A DNA stretch of 62,951 nucleotides, the filler included, from Salisapilia sapeloensis CBS 127946 (taxonomy: Eukaryota; Protista; Oomycota), in the NCBI GenBank assembly GCA_023334545.1. It is 9 parts of 9 records of this genome, joined end to end, with 100 filler letters (N's around TTAATTAATTAA, not from the genome) between each part and the next. Parts side by side here need not be neighbours in the genome. Positions count along the whole stretch, not along the records: positions 24,580 to 39,663 come from JAADVB010000375.1; positions 39,764 to 44,372 come from JAADVB010000662.1; positions 44,473 to 46,037 come from JAADVB010001107.1; positions 46,138 to 47,343 come from JAADVB010001251.1; positions 47,444 to 49,197 come from JAADVB010001053.1; 4 more parts are not named here. One strand, given 5' to 3'. The translations under genes were made by a program, and so were the position numbers. The notes beneath the pieces are model-generated. The model worked only from the letters and a program-made list of their open reading frames with translations, had not been told where the DNA came from and made no database searches. Below, piece after piece: positions 37,294 to 48,218 of this stretch (position 1 is its first letter; each line of letters opens with the position of its first letter).

Positions 37294-39663
37294 ATGGAGA
37301 GTCAAGAGCAGGACCGACTCGCATCCTCGACGTCATCTTTGAATCGGAATGAGTACTCGAGTCAGGAACAGGCCATGGACATGGCCACGTTTGATAAATT
37401 GATGAAAGTGGAACAGAATTTATTCAATGCTGGACAAGCGACGTTGGAGGCGTGGAAGATTATCGGGAGGAACCCGTCTGAGGTGGAAGGTGGGGAACAG
37501 GAGCCCGTCGCGCCGTCCTCTGCGAGCGACGCTGGCGATGTCTCAACGAACAAAGCCAATGCAGTCGGTAGATCCAACTCGACAGCAGGCGCGTCGGTCT
37601 CCTCTTCTTCGCCCAAGACGACGAGGGATCCCCCACCGAGAGCCGATACTGGGCGAAATTCGCTGGGAGCTTACAGCGGGAAGAAGAACACTGGGTCGTC
37701 TGCCTCGACCTCAAACGTGTTCGAGCGGAACAACCTTGCAGACTACAAAGCCGATGGTCTAGCGTCCAATGTCGATCCTTGGCAGTCGGCTCCGAACGTG
37801 TTGGCTGAAAATGGTCGCTCGAGGTCTTCCCACAATGTCTTTGGTTTCACGAAAGACCATCCTCCCCAGTCCGACGTGACGCTATTCACGTTTACAGTCA
37901 AGAAGAATGACAACGTCTTGCGGATGGGTGGCAAGCGAGCCTCTTTACAGCTACAAGTCGATGTCGAGCAGCGAACGCTGAGCTTCCTCTCTCCTCACGA
38001 TAGTCGTGAAAGCTTTTCCTGTGCAGCCGTGACGGCGAAACCGTACTCCAAACTCGGTATGCAGCTTAAGATTCAGATGAACTCGACGGCGACGACCAAG
38101 AAGATTTTGTTTTTAAGCAACGAAGACCGGTCGAATTTCTTACAAGCGTTAGAGGATGGTAAAGTCATGTACAAAAAGAGTAGTATGTCCATTCCTGTCG
38201 CCAAGACACCTGGTGGTGCATCCCAGGACGCATCGACACCTCTGCCTGCAGGTCGATCCACCTCTACGACGAGTTACGAAACGGAGCCGCGGGAACACAG
38301 CTCGACCTCGTACCAGCGCTCGACAGACGACAGTGCGATCGTCTTGAGCGAGAACGCCAAGTCGCATATTCGAGGCTCTTTATCGAACGATCAGTTTGCG
38401 TCCTTACCAGGTGAAAATGCGCTTGAGTACGTCCAGCGCGTGACGAACATGGTTGCCATGTCGAAGAAAGATCTGTCTGTCCAAGGCGTTTTGAAAATCA
38501 CGTCCTACCGTATCACATTCACACCGTACGATTCATCTTGGAAAGTCGGTTCGTTCGAAGTCCCTTTAGCGACCATCGACGTCATTACGCGCGAAGGGTT
38601 GATGCTCCACATACAGTGCAAGGACCTTCGGACGATCCAATTGTCCATGCACGACGCGTACTCTCGTAAGAAGAACTACGACCAACTGCCTTCGACACCA
38701 GACTTTCGATGGCTCAACCTGCTCATGCTTCGTATGAAACCTCCGAACATGATCGGTGCACTCTTTGCGTTCGACTATCATACGGAAAAGAGCAAGGAGC
38801 AAGATCATCCGAAGGAGAATGGGTGGTATCTGTATTCTCCAGTGGCAGAGTACCAACGTCTTGGCTTTCTCAAGTCGAGTGACAGTCGATCGAAGAGCTC
38901 TCGAGAGCGTCGGAAGAACGGGAGTGAGTCAGGCGAGACGGTCGCGTGGCGTTTGCTCAAGAACTCCAAGTTCCGCTTCAGCCCGTCGTACCCGCAGCTC
39001 ATGGTCGTCCCGAGTATCATGACGGAAGACCAGCTAGTCCAGTCAGCTCGTTTCCGGTCGAGAGCGAGACTCCCGGTCGTCGTGTGGAGGCACCCGGTGA
39101 ACAAGAGTGTCCTCGCGCGGTCGAGTCAACCGAACTATGGTATGGCAGGCAATCGGTCGGAACCAGATCGACTGCTATTGCGCGCGTATCGAGATTCGGC
39201 ACAGGCGACGGGGATGGGTGTCCCGCCGCCGCTGCACATTATTGATGCTCGGAAACCGATTGCGACGAAAGGAAATCGACTGCGAGGTAAAGGTGTGGAG
39301 AACTCGCAGCACTATGACAACGCGACGATCGACTTTATGGGCATCGCGAACATCCACAAGATGCGCGAGAGTCTCGAGGCACTCAAGTCGCTCGTGAGTC
39401 CGAGTGGCGTCGAGGATGGAGATAAGAATTATCATCATCGACTGGAGAATACGCGATGGCTTAAGCACATTATGCGTGTCTTGTCTGGTGCGAGGCAAGT
39501 GGCCGAGTCGCTGCATGAGAAAGGTGCGAGTGTCCTCGTGCACTGTAGTGATGGATGGGATCGGACGCCGCAGCTGACAGCCTTGGCGCAGTTGATGCTC
39601 GATCCTTACTATCGTACGATACGAGGATTTGCAGTGTTAGTGGAGAAGGAATGGTGCTCTTTC
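37294..39663 (+). CDS. Myotubularin-family phosphatase B, 3'-truncated by linker
   Basis: GVLKITSYRITF, RSRARLP, IIDAR and VLVHCSDGWDRT. Confidence 0.95.
39523..39663 (+). repeat. 141-bp inverted repeat, copy B (partner 24580-24720)
   Basis: Exact match to the reverse complement of 24580-24720. Confidence 0.97.
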
Positions 39664-39763
39664 NNNNNNNNNNNNNNNNNNNNNNNNNNNNNNNNNNNNN
39701 NNNNNNNTTAATTAATTAANNNNNNNNNNNNNNNNNNNNNNNNNNNNNNNNNNNNNNNNNNNN
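39664..39763. other. Artificial contig linker
   Basis: N44-TTAATTAATTAA-N44. Confidence 0.99.
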
Positions 39764-39797
39764 CTCCGAATCAAGAGCACTTGTGGCTTCATCCAAG
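39764..39797. repeat. 34-bp terminal direct repeat (partner 44339-44372)
   Basis: CTCCGAATCAAGAGCACTTGTGGCTTCATCCAAG at both contig ends. Confidence 0.95.
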
Positions 39798-42700
39798 AGC
39801 AGAATATCCGGGTCCTTCAGGATAGCTCGAGCGATAGCGATGCGCTGTTTCTGGCCACCGGACAGCTGCTCTCCCTTGAGTCCGACCTGCGTCTCGTACC
39901 CGTCTGGGAACTTACTGATAAAGCCATGAGCGTTGGCCATCTGAGCCGCCTCCTCGATCTCGGCCTGCGAGGGTTCTCGTCCGAGCCCCATGGCAATGTT
40001 CTCTGCGATCGTGCCGATGAAGAGCGTCGGTTCTTGACCCACCAGTCCAAGTCTACTTCGCAACCAGAACAAGTTTAGCTCTTTGGCATCGATGCCGTCG
40101 AAAAGCACTTGGCCTTTCAATGGGTCGTAGTATCGCTCTAGAAGACCAATACAGGTACTCTTGCCGCCTCCGCTCGGTCCACAGAATGCAACTGTTTGTC
40201 CTGCATTGATTTTCAAATTATACCTGTTCAGGACAGGGACTTCCGGTCGTGTTGGATAGCGAAAGTATAGATTCTTGAACTCAATCTTGCCCGAAAGGTT
40301 CTTTAGCTTCATACCTCGGTCGTCAAACGAGTCGATCGGAGGAACACGCTCTTGTAGCTCCAAAATTGCTTTACCTGACTTCAATCCTCGATCGGAATCT
40401 CCAAGGAAGGATACAGCTTGACCAACACCTTGCGCAGACATCATGACTGCCATTAGAGTACGCATCATCTCTTTAAAATTGATCTCCTTCTTATCGACAA
40501 GATAACCACCAAGGTAAAAGACAAAAGCGTATGTCATGAACACGATGAAGGAGCTGAACCCAATTGCTAGTCCGTTGATCTGTGCCTCCTTACGCCCACC
40601 CTCCAAAGGAGCTTCGAGCAAGTGATTAAATTTGCCAACAATTTGCTTCTCCAAGCCCAGGGATACAACTGTGCGAATGTTACTAAGTGCTTCAGAGGCA
40701 TGCGCGCCCACTTCGGCTAGTTCATCAGTTCCAGCAGCAGCCTTCTGCATTAAGCGACCACGAACCATGTGACCGACGATTAATAGAGGAAATATGGCCA
40801 GCATGATCAATGTAAGTAGCCAACTACCAGTTGTGAAAGAAATCACTAGTGCTGCAACAAAAGTGAAAGCGGCTTGCATGACGCGACCTTGAGAGTCCCC
40901 AGATAGCAGTGCTACTTTGGTAGCATCTACCGATAAATTCGCTGTCAATGCACCGGTTGAATGCTCTCTAATATCAAAGTACGCAATGTTTTGTCGGCAC
41001 ATTGCACCAAAGTGGATGTCTCGCATGCGAGTAATCAGCTTTTGTGCCATGAATTTAAAACAGTAGTTCTGAATTGACGTGAATAAAAACATGCCGACTG
41101 CTCCACCGACGTAGCAAAGTCCATAAATCATTACTTTATCCGAGAGCTCGTCAAGATATACATGATTCTGTGTTGTCATGAATAAGCTGTATTTTTGCGT
41201 CATGATTGCTACGAGCTCACTGATTAAAAGAGAGGAGCAAGGCATTGCAAAGCCACAAACACCTGCAGCTATCATTCCAACTATAAAGTACTTCTTCTCC
41301 GGTTGACTGAAGCGCATTGCAGTTACCAAGCTGAAATTGGTTTCATTTTTCTCTACTCCTGCTTCTTTCGCAAGATCAGTAATATCGCTTTGAATGCTCT
41401 GATTCGACTGATAACTAATCATATGAGGTAGAACTGCACTGTTTTGCCTTTCAACAATATCAACGTCTTCGTCCGATGCTTCATCCTCTTCTGCTTCATC
41501 GCTTCGCTCTTGAAGTTGATAAAGTCTTTTATATATACCATTATCAATCTTTAGTAGATCATCATGCTTTCCTTCCTCAGTTACATGACCTTTAGATAGC
41601 ACTACAATCTTGTCGGCGTGTCGGACGGTGGTTAAGCGATGTGCGATGACGAGAGTGGTCATCTTCGTCTTTTCCATCAGGTCGTTCAGTGCATCCTGGA
41701 CGATACGTTCACTTTGAGCGTCTAAAGCACTTGTTGCTTCGTCAAGCACAAGGATCTTTGGCTTTCGAATGATTGCTCGTGCGATTGCAATACGCTGCTT
41801 TTGACCACCAGATAGCGATGCTCCTTTCTCGCCTATTAGTGTATCGTAACCTTCCGGTAATGTTAAGATGAAATCGTGCGCATTCGCCATCTTGGCGGCC
41901 ACTATCACTTCATCACGTGTCAAATTGTCATTTCCACTAACAATGTTTTCATGGATAGTAGCTGCGAAGAGAACAGGCTCCTGCGAGACCATCCCAATTT
42001 GAGATCGCAACCATTTAACGTTTAACGTCTTGATATCTTGTCCATCCAAGTAAACACAGCCTCTGTCTGGATCATAGAATCGTTCAAGGAGAGCGATAAG
42101 AGTGCTTTTGCCTCCACCGCTCTCCCCAACGAAAGCAACTGTCTGTCCACTTTCGATCGTGACCGTGTAGTTCTGTAAAATGCTAACATCAGTACGACTT
42201 GGGTAGGCAAAATATAATCCTTTCGCTTCGATCTTTCCAGCGCATGAAGTAGGAATAGTGCCGTCTTCGTTTGAAGCATCCACAGCCGATGGGGTTGCGA
42301 TAATTTTATAAATGGCGGCTGCAGATCCTCTTCCCTCAGCTATAGCGGAGATATTTGGAGAGATCTGTGCCAGCGAGACGGTGCCTATAAGCATGCCAAA
42401 GAACGATGAGAATACATCAGCTGGGGAAGCAGCATTTGACGATACACGAGACCCTCCGTACCAAAGACCACCAGCATACATTAGCCAGATACTCCCCATA
42501 AAGACACCAAACACGACTGACGCATATTTGGCCATCGAAATGTTCTCTTGTTCTCCAATGAGAGCCTTTGCATTGTACTTAGCCATCGCAATTTTTTCTC
42601 CATTGAGTGCAGCTACGGTTCGAATGGAGCCTAGTGTTTCTTCGGCTACAGCACCTGCCTCAGCGTATAGTTGTTGAGAATGCTCGGCACGAGACCGCAG

Positions 42701-43399
42701 CATCTTGAGTAGTGAACCAAGTGACAATGCCATGAAAGGCATAGCACACGCCATTACAAGTGCCATATCCCACCCACGAGAGAACCCGATGATGTAACCC
42801 GTGAGGCATTGGCACATATATTTAATGGAATCACCAAGCTTTTGACCGAGGGCGTCTTTAATTTTAATGGTATCGCCAGTCAACCGACTTGACAGTTGAA
42901 GTGCATCGTGGCAATCATACCAAGAGATGTCGAGGTAGAGCATGTGCTTTAATGCTTCGTTGCGCAAAGCCATCATTTGTCGCTCTGCAGTGGTAGAAAA
43001 GATGACAAATGACATATAGTCCGTGACAAACAATGCAATCGCAATCATAGCAAATTTGAGCGCAGCACTGTTCACTTGGTCGCGGTCAACGCTACCATCC
43101 GCGTTAGCGAACGCAGTGATGGCATCGCCGAAGACGAGGGCCATGCACGGGAATAGGGCACCATTGATAGCACTGCAAAGACATCCAATGGAAAGCATGA
43201 CCTTATCCAAAGATGTAGCATAACGGTAGAGCTCAGAAAACCTGGTGGAAGTTAATTCTTTCACTGAAGTGCTACCAAGTTCTTTGGGTGCCTTAGAAAA
43301 GATAACTGGTTCCGTGCTTGGATGGGGTGAAATGACCCCGACGTAAGCAGCCGACTCTCTTCCAGAGCTCAGTCTCGAAGAGCTGTGCTCTCTAGACAT
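39764..43399 (-). CDS. Full-size ABCB (MDR/P-glycoprotein-type) transporter, 3'-truncated by linker
   Basis: TMD-NBD-TMD-NBD. Walker A GESGGGKS and GPSGGGKS, LSGGQKQRIAIAR twice, [10 protein letters not shown]. Confidence 0.97.
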
Positions 43400-43450
43400 G
43401 AATTTATGGTAGTAGCTTTAATGAATAAATTCGATACTTGCGTTGCACTT

Positions 43451-43469
43451 GCAAATTTGGTGAATGGGA
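43451..43469 (-). promoter_or_regulatory. Oomycete Inr plus FPR core promoter of ABCB gene
   Basis: Minus strand TCCCATTCACCAAATTTGC (YCATT... then MWTTTNC), 52-70 nt upstream of the ATG. Confidence 0.6.
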
Positions 43470-44128
43470 TCACTATTATCTTTGCTCAGGCAACATGAAA
43501 CTCCCCATCAACAAACACTTTTAACGTCCAATGAAATCCTGGGCGTTTCTAAGTTGAAACGGGCAGAGTATTGGGTGTTGTATGTTTCGTTTTCATTCAA
43601 ATATTTCTGGTAATCTACAATTAGTTGAATAAATCTTTTTTAGGTCTCAAACTTCAAGGCTTTTGGAGCCGAATGTCCTATTGCAAATACCTATTTTAAT
43701 ACGCGAGGCGAATCATTTGCTTGATCAAATACCACAAGCTATTTGGCGACACAAAAATATACTGCATCAAATAAAAGAAGAACATCATGCAGTCTCGACG
43801 AACCTAGCTATCCTGTCGATCGATCTGGTTCGATTCGTATTACTTTATAGCGGTAAAGACATTTAGCGGTGTCGTTATACCTCAGGTGCATCAAGCTAGA
43901 ACGTCAACACTCTTCTGGATGCAAGTGCAGTTGTATGGATACAATTGAGGATCCAAAACCTAAATGAGTCTGGTATGATGGTAACTGAGAGAACTTGCTA
44001 TCATGCAACCCGGACATGTCAAGACCGACAAAGTGCAAATATGGGCGGGAAAAAATAATATTATGCATGTGCTTCTTTACTTTTAAATGCATGCAGATGA
44101 TCTCACTTTCGATGTGTTTACTTTTTTT

Positions 44129-44372
44129 CTACGACATCGACGTCTCGACCAATTGACGATATACCCCGTTGAGGCTCATCAACTCAGTATGGGTCCCTTG
44201 TTCTTCCAACACACCTTTAGAAACGACACATATCTTGTCTGCCTTGCGGATCGTCGACAATCGATGTGCAATGATGATCGTCGTACGCCGCTTCAGCGCC
44301 ACCACCTTATCCAGCGCTTCCTGCACGATCTTCTCACTCTCCGAATCAAGAGCACTTGTGGCTTCATCCAAG
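44129..44372 (-). CDS. C-terminal tail of an ABCB transporter (tandem upstream copy or same unit)
   Basis: [21 protein letters not shown]...[12 protein letters not shown]...GVYRQLV*. Confidence 0.92.
44339..44372. repeat. 34-bp terminal direct repeat (partner 39764-39797)
   Basis: Exact match. Confidence 0.95.
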
Positions 44373-44472
44373 NNNNNNNNNNNNNNNNNNNNNNNNNNNN
44401 NNNNNNNNNNNNNNNNTTAATTAATTAANNNNNNNNNNNNNNNNNNNNNNNNNNNNNNNNNNNNNNNNNNNN
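44373..44472. other. Artificial contig linker
   Basis: N44-TTAATTAATTAA-N44. Confidence 0.99.
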
Positions 44473-45115
44473 CACCAGCGCCGACACCGGCGTCAATATC
44501 GGCTCCCGCACCAATGCCAGCGTTACCGCCAACACCAGCTCCGGCACCAACACCAGCGCCGACACCGGCGTCAATATCGGCTCCCGCACCGATGCCAGCG
44601 TCAGCACCAATGCCAGCTCCAGCACCGATTCCATGATCACCGTAGGCGTTGCCATCAGCACCGATACCAGCGGCCAGGCCGGCATCAATATCGGCACCAA
44701 CTTCAAAACCGCCAACGCCCACACCAGCGCCAGCGCCTACACCGGCACCAGCACCAATTCCATGGTATGCGTTGCCGCCAATGTTAGCATCCGCATCGAC
44801 GCCACCGTAGGCATCACCGTCGGCCGCAGCATTCACTCCAGCATCAGCTTCGTAGCCCGCATCGCCATGAGCATTTTTGCGACCGAAGAGCGAGGCATGA
44901 CCTCCATTACCGTAGTATCCTTGTCCGAACAAGTTGTGCAGACCTCCAATGATACCTCGAAGTCCAGCATTCGCATTGGCATCAGCATTGGCGCCAATTC
45001 GGGCACGAACTTGGTCTTCACCATATCTGTCGTTGCGGAGGTGGAAAGTAGCAGTAGCATCTTGCACAGCCAAAGCCGTCACAGCAAGGGCAATCGCAGC
45101 AGTAATTCGAACCAT
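44473..45115 (-). CDS. Secreted Gly/Ala-rich repetitive protein (cell-wall/spore-coat-like), 3'-truncated
   Basis: Signal peptide MVRITAAIALAVTALAVQDATA followed by (GAG/GIG/ADID)n repeats. 78-bp tandem units at 44473 and 44551. Confidence 0.8.
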
Positions 45116-45174
45116 GTTGATGGGTAGAAGTTGAGAGGTAACCGGGAGGTGGTTTGTCTTGAGCTTGGGCTCGA

Positions 45175-45190
45175 AGATTGGTAAATGAAC
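45175..45190 (-). promoter_or_regulatory. Oomycete Inr/FPR-like core promoter
   Basis: Minus strand GTTCATTTACCAATCT, 60-75 nt upstream of ATG 45115. Confidence 0.5.
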
Positions 45191-46037
45191 GTAGAGGAGA
45201 GCTGTAGACAAGCTCGCGAGCGGACACGCTCGGTATGCGGTATACTGTTCCGGTGAGTGCCTTGCATGCGCTCTATACCCAGTCGAACGTATATTCCTGA
45301 TCCGACGTGCTACGTTGGTTGGTAGACGGATCGCTTAGATAGAAATCCAGCAAACAGACACAGAGCTGTCATGCAGCGCTGAACACAGATGGTCTTATCG
45401 CATACTGTCAAAATGATCTATTAATAAGACGTTTCCATATCTTCTAAGTCGTCTCCAGATTTCAGCATACAGTGATAGACCTCAAGATACTGGGAACAAA
45501 ATCAATTTCACAGTGTGTGATCTAGGTCTTGCATTTTCGCCACAATACCGATAGCTATGTCTCGCCTACGACTGTAGCAAGGACATATTAGAGCATTACG
45601 TGGACCAGATCTCGGCAACCAAATTCTGAACAGTCTGTGCGGACCAGTTTATTCAGTCGTGCGACCGGTTCATAATCAATCTGAACAGCACGCGTGCGTC
45701 ACATGTGTCAGGCCGTCATACGATTCCAGAGACTCGGATAAACTCATAGATTGAAGATAACTCACTTGTCGACTAAACGTTATAAATTGCTTTACGTTCA
45801 CTTTACAAAAGTTTTATATGTGCTGTAAAAAGTATCCTCACGATGAATAAAAATATATTTTGAACTTCTTATTAAACCAACTTGTCAACTTGTTCATGCA
45901 ACGGCGCTGACGGATGAAAGTATATCGGATTCACTGATGAAGTAGATGGGTACTGTGGCTACGAGTTGCGTCTTTCTTTCATCGCCGGTGTGAGTACGAG
46001 CGGCGGTCTGGCGGTGGAGACCGGTCGTTTCGACGTG

Positions 46038-46137
46038 NNNNNNNNNNNNNNNNNNNNNNNNNNNNNNNNNNNNNNNNNNNNTTAATTAATTAANNNNNNN
46101 NNNNNNNNNNNNNNNNNNNNNNNNNNNNNNNNNNNNN
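46038..46137. other. Artificial contig linker
   Basis: N44-TTAATTAATTAA-N44. Confidence 0.99.
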
Positions 46138-46761
46138 AGGAGTCGCTTCCAAGGCGTTGATGAACTGGATGGCCAAGTGTCCAAGGCCGCCGATGCCAAC
46201 GACACCCACACGGTCACCAGCCTTGACACCCAATCGGCGGAGAGGAGTGAAGACAGTGGCGCCAGCGCAGAGCAATGGGGCAGCGACATCCGACGCAATG
46301 TTCTCCGGGATCTTGAAAGCATGCGTGTGCTCCACACGAACGTAGTCGGCGTAGCCGCCGTAGCTAAGGGCGCCGCTCTCGTACTTGGAGTTGTACGTAC
46401 CCACGCCTCGGAGACAGTATTGATTGTCTCCGGACTTGCATTCGACGCATGGCTTGTCAGCGTCCCGGTTAAGGCAGGCCCAGACTTGAGCGCCGACACC
46501 GACACGGTCACCGACCTTCATGCCTTGTACTTCTGGGCCAGCTTCCGTGACTTCCCCGACAATCTCGTGCCCGACGACGCAAGGATAAGTTGTGGGTCCC
46601 CACCCGCTTTCCTTGGTGTGTATATCCGAGCCGCAGATACCGCAGTGGGAGATCTTGATCTCAATGTCCTTTGGCATAAGCGCCGGTGCCTCATACTGCC
46701 AGGGCTTGCAGTCCGAGTTGGGCTCAAACGCGGCGTAGGCATTGACTGTTCGAGTAGTCAT
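46138..46761 (-). CDS. Zn/NADP-dependent alcohol dehydrogenase (cinnamyl-ADH/YahK-like), 3'-truncated
   Basis: CGICGSD, GHEIVG, GDRVGVG, CxxC...QYC, LCAGATV and GIGGLGH. Confidence 0.93.
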
Positions 46762-46798
46762 CGTTGATTTTTTTGGAAAGCGATCTGATGCAGCTGAA

Positions 46799-46816
46799 GC
46801 AAATTCGATAATGACC
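46799..46816 (-). promoter_or_regulatory. Oomycete Inr plus FPR core promoter of ADH
   Basis: Minus strand GGTCATTATCGAATTTGC, 38-55 nt upstream of the ATG. Confidence 0.55.
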
Positions 46817-47343
46817 TTTGGTAGTCAAGCGTACGCAAGTTGAGTCGGTGCCACGCTGCTTTGGTTGAAGTTGATCGGTATCGTGGATTTGGTGATTCGC
46901 TAATCAGATTGATGCCGCAATCGCAACAAGATTTCAGTCATTGTAGGAAGAGTGTGATGCTTTAATTCGACGCTATTTTAGTCGGGCACTTGCAGATCTT
47001 ATCTACAGAATGACAAGAGTCAACTTGGAGGAGCCTTCATGAACTCAACTGACCAACACTCATTATCGCAGCATGCATTCATCGCCCAATAATCCAATAC
47101 CATCGTAGATATTGTCACTTCCGTTTAAATTTACCGACTACCGGCTAATTTAAGCGAAAACGAAAGCGCACTGGCATCCATATTGATCTTCCGTATGTAC
47201 TTAATGATACATGGATGCAGACGGCTACGCATATCTGCAGTACGTGTGCTGCATAGCTTTCCGCCTACATGGGTCTTTTTAAATTTTTGGTAGTCCACGC
47301 CGCATGGCTCGAATTTCAGCGGTCCCGTGCTTTTCCTTTAAAC

Positions 47344-47443
47344 NNNNNNNNNNNNNNNNNNNNNNNNNNNNNNNNNNNNNNNNNNNNTTAATTAATTAAN
47401 NNNNNNNNNNNNNNNNNNNNNNNNNNNNNNNNNNNNNNNNNNN
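47344..47443. other. Artificial contig linker
   Basis: N44-TTAATTAATTAA-N44. Confidence 0.99.
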
Positions 47444-47928
47444 ACGACGACATGGTGGACAAGAAGCCTGGCATGGGCCACCACCACGGCAAGGGCTACG
47501 GCGGCTACGGCGGCTGGAACAAGCACGACGACATGGTGGACAAGAAGCCTGGCATGGGCCACCACCACGGCAAGGGTTACGATGGGCACAATGATGATGA
47601 AAAAGATGCAGATTACGAGAAGGATGTCGAGTATGAAAGTGAAGAAAATGACTACGAGAGCGAGGACAAGGACGAGTACGATAGTTACGACGGTGAAAAG
47701 GTCGGCGCTTGGGGCGACTGCACGAACGTGAAATACTGTGTCGAAGACTACAAGTGTATTGTGCACTCTGACTACTATGCTCAGTGCATGCCATACGAAT
47801 TGGAAGCGGAAGCTCTGTGCGGACAGACGGGTGACCAGAACTGGGACTACGCCGAGGGATGCCCTGAGGGCTACAAGTGCAAGGCTCGCTACGACGGTGA
47901 CAAGGATCTCCGCTGCCTCGCTTATTAG
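47444..47928 (+). CDS. His/Gly-repeat protein with acidic linker and C-terminal CBM1-like Cys modules, 5'-truncated
   Basis: 27-aa repeat HDDMVDKKPGMGHHHGKGYGGYGGWNK (81-bp units at 47444 and 47525). WGDC...C...YKC...DYYAQC resembles CBM1. Confidence 0.7.
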
Positions 47929-48218
47929 GCCATAGGAATCGCCACGCATTCTGCTATCAACCAACCGTTTTACTCTTTTCTAGGTGTCGAGGGTTTGAAG
48001 AAGTATAGGAATACCATTCGCTAACTCCAATGCAAACACTCTAACTGCATTTGAACCCTTATAAAGTGTTTTTCTTATTATGAACCCTTGGTAACCTAAG
48101 CTGCCAGCAGTAGGGAATCCATAAAACAGACTTGTGTTCTAGGCTTGAACTCAATGCTAATTTGTCAGTGATCATCTGAGTGCCATTCGTAAGGATGGAC
48201 GGTAAAGTATGGCATAGC

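Noticed and set aside
45020-45050. FHLR after signal peptide as an RxLR effector motif
   Set aside because: Lacks the first Arg and a clear dEER; the rest of the protein is structural repeat.
47444-47576. Repeat-spacer look-alike (52-bp repeats with 29-bp spacer) as CRISPR
   Set aside because: Only two units, in-frame coding, eukaryotic context, no cas genes.
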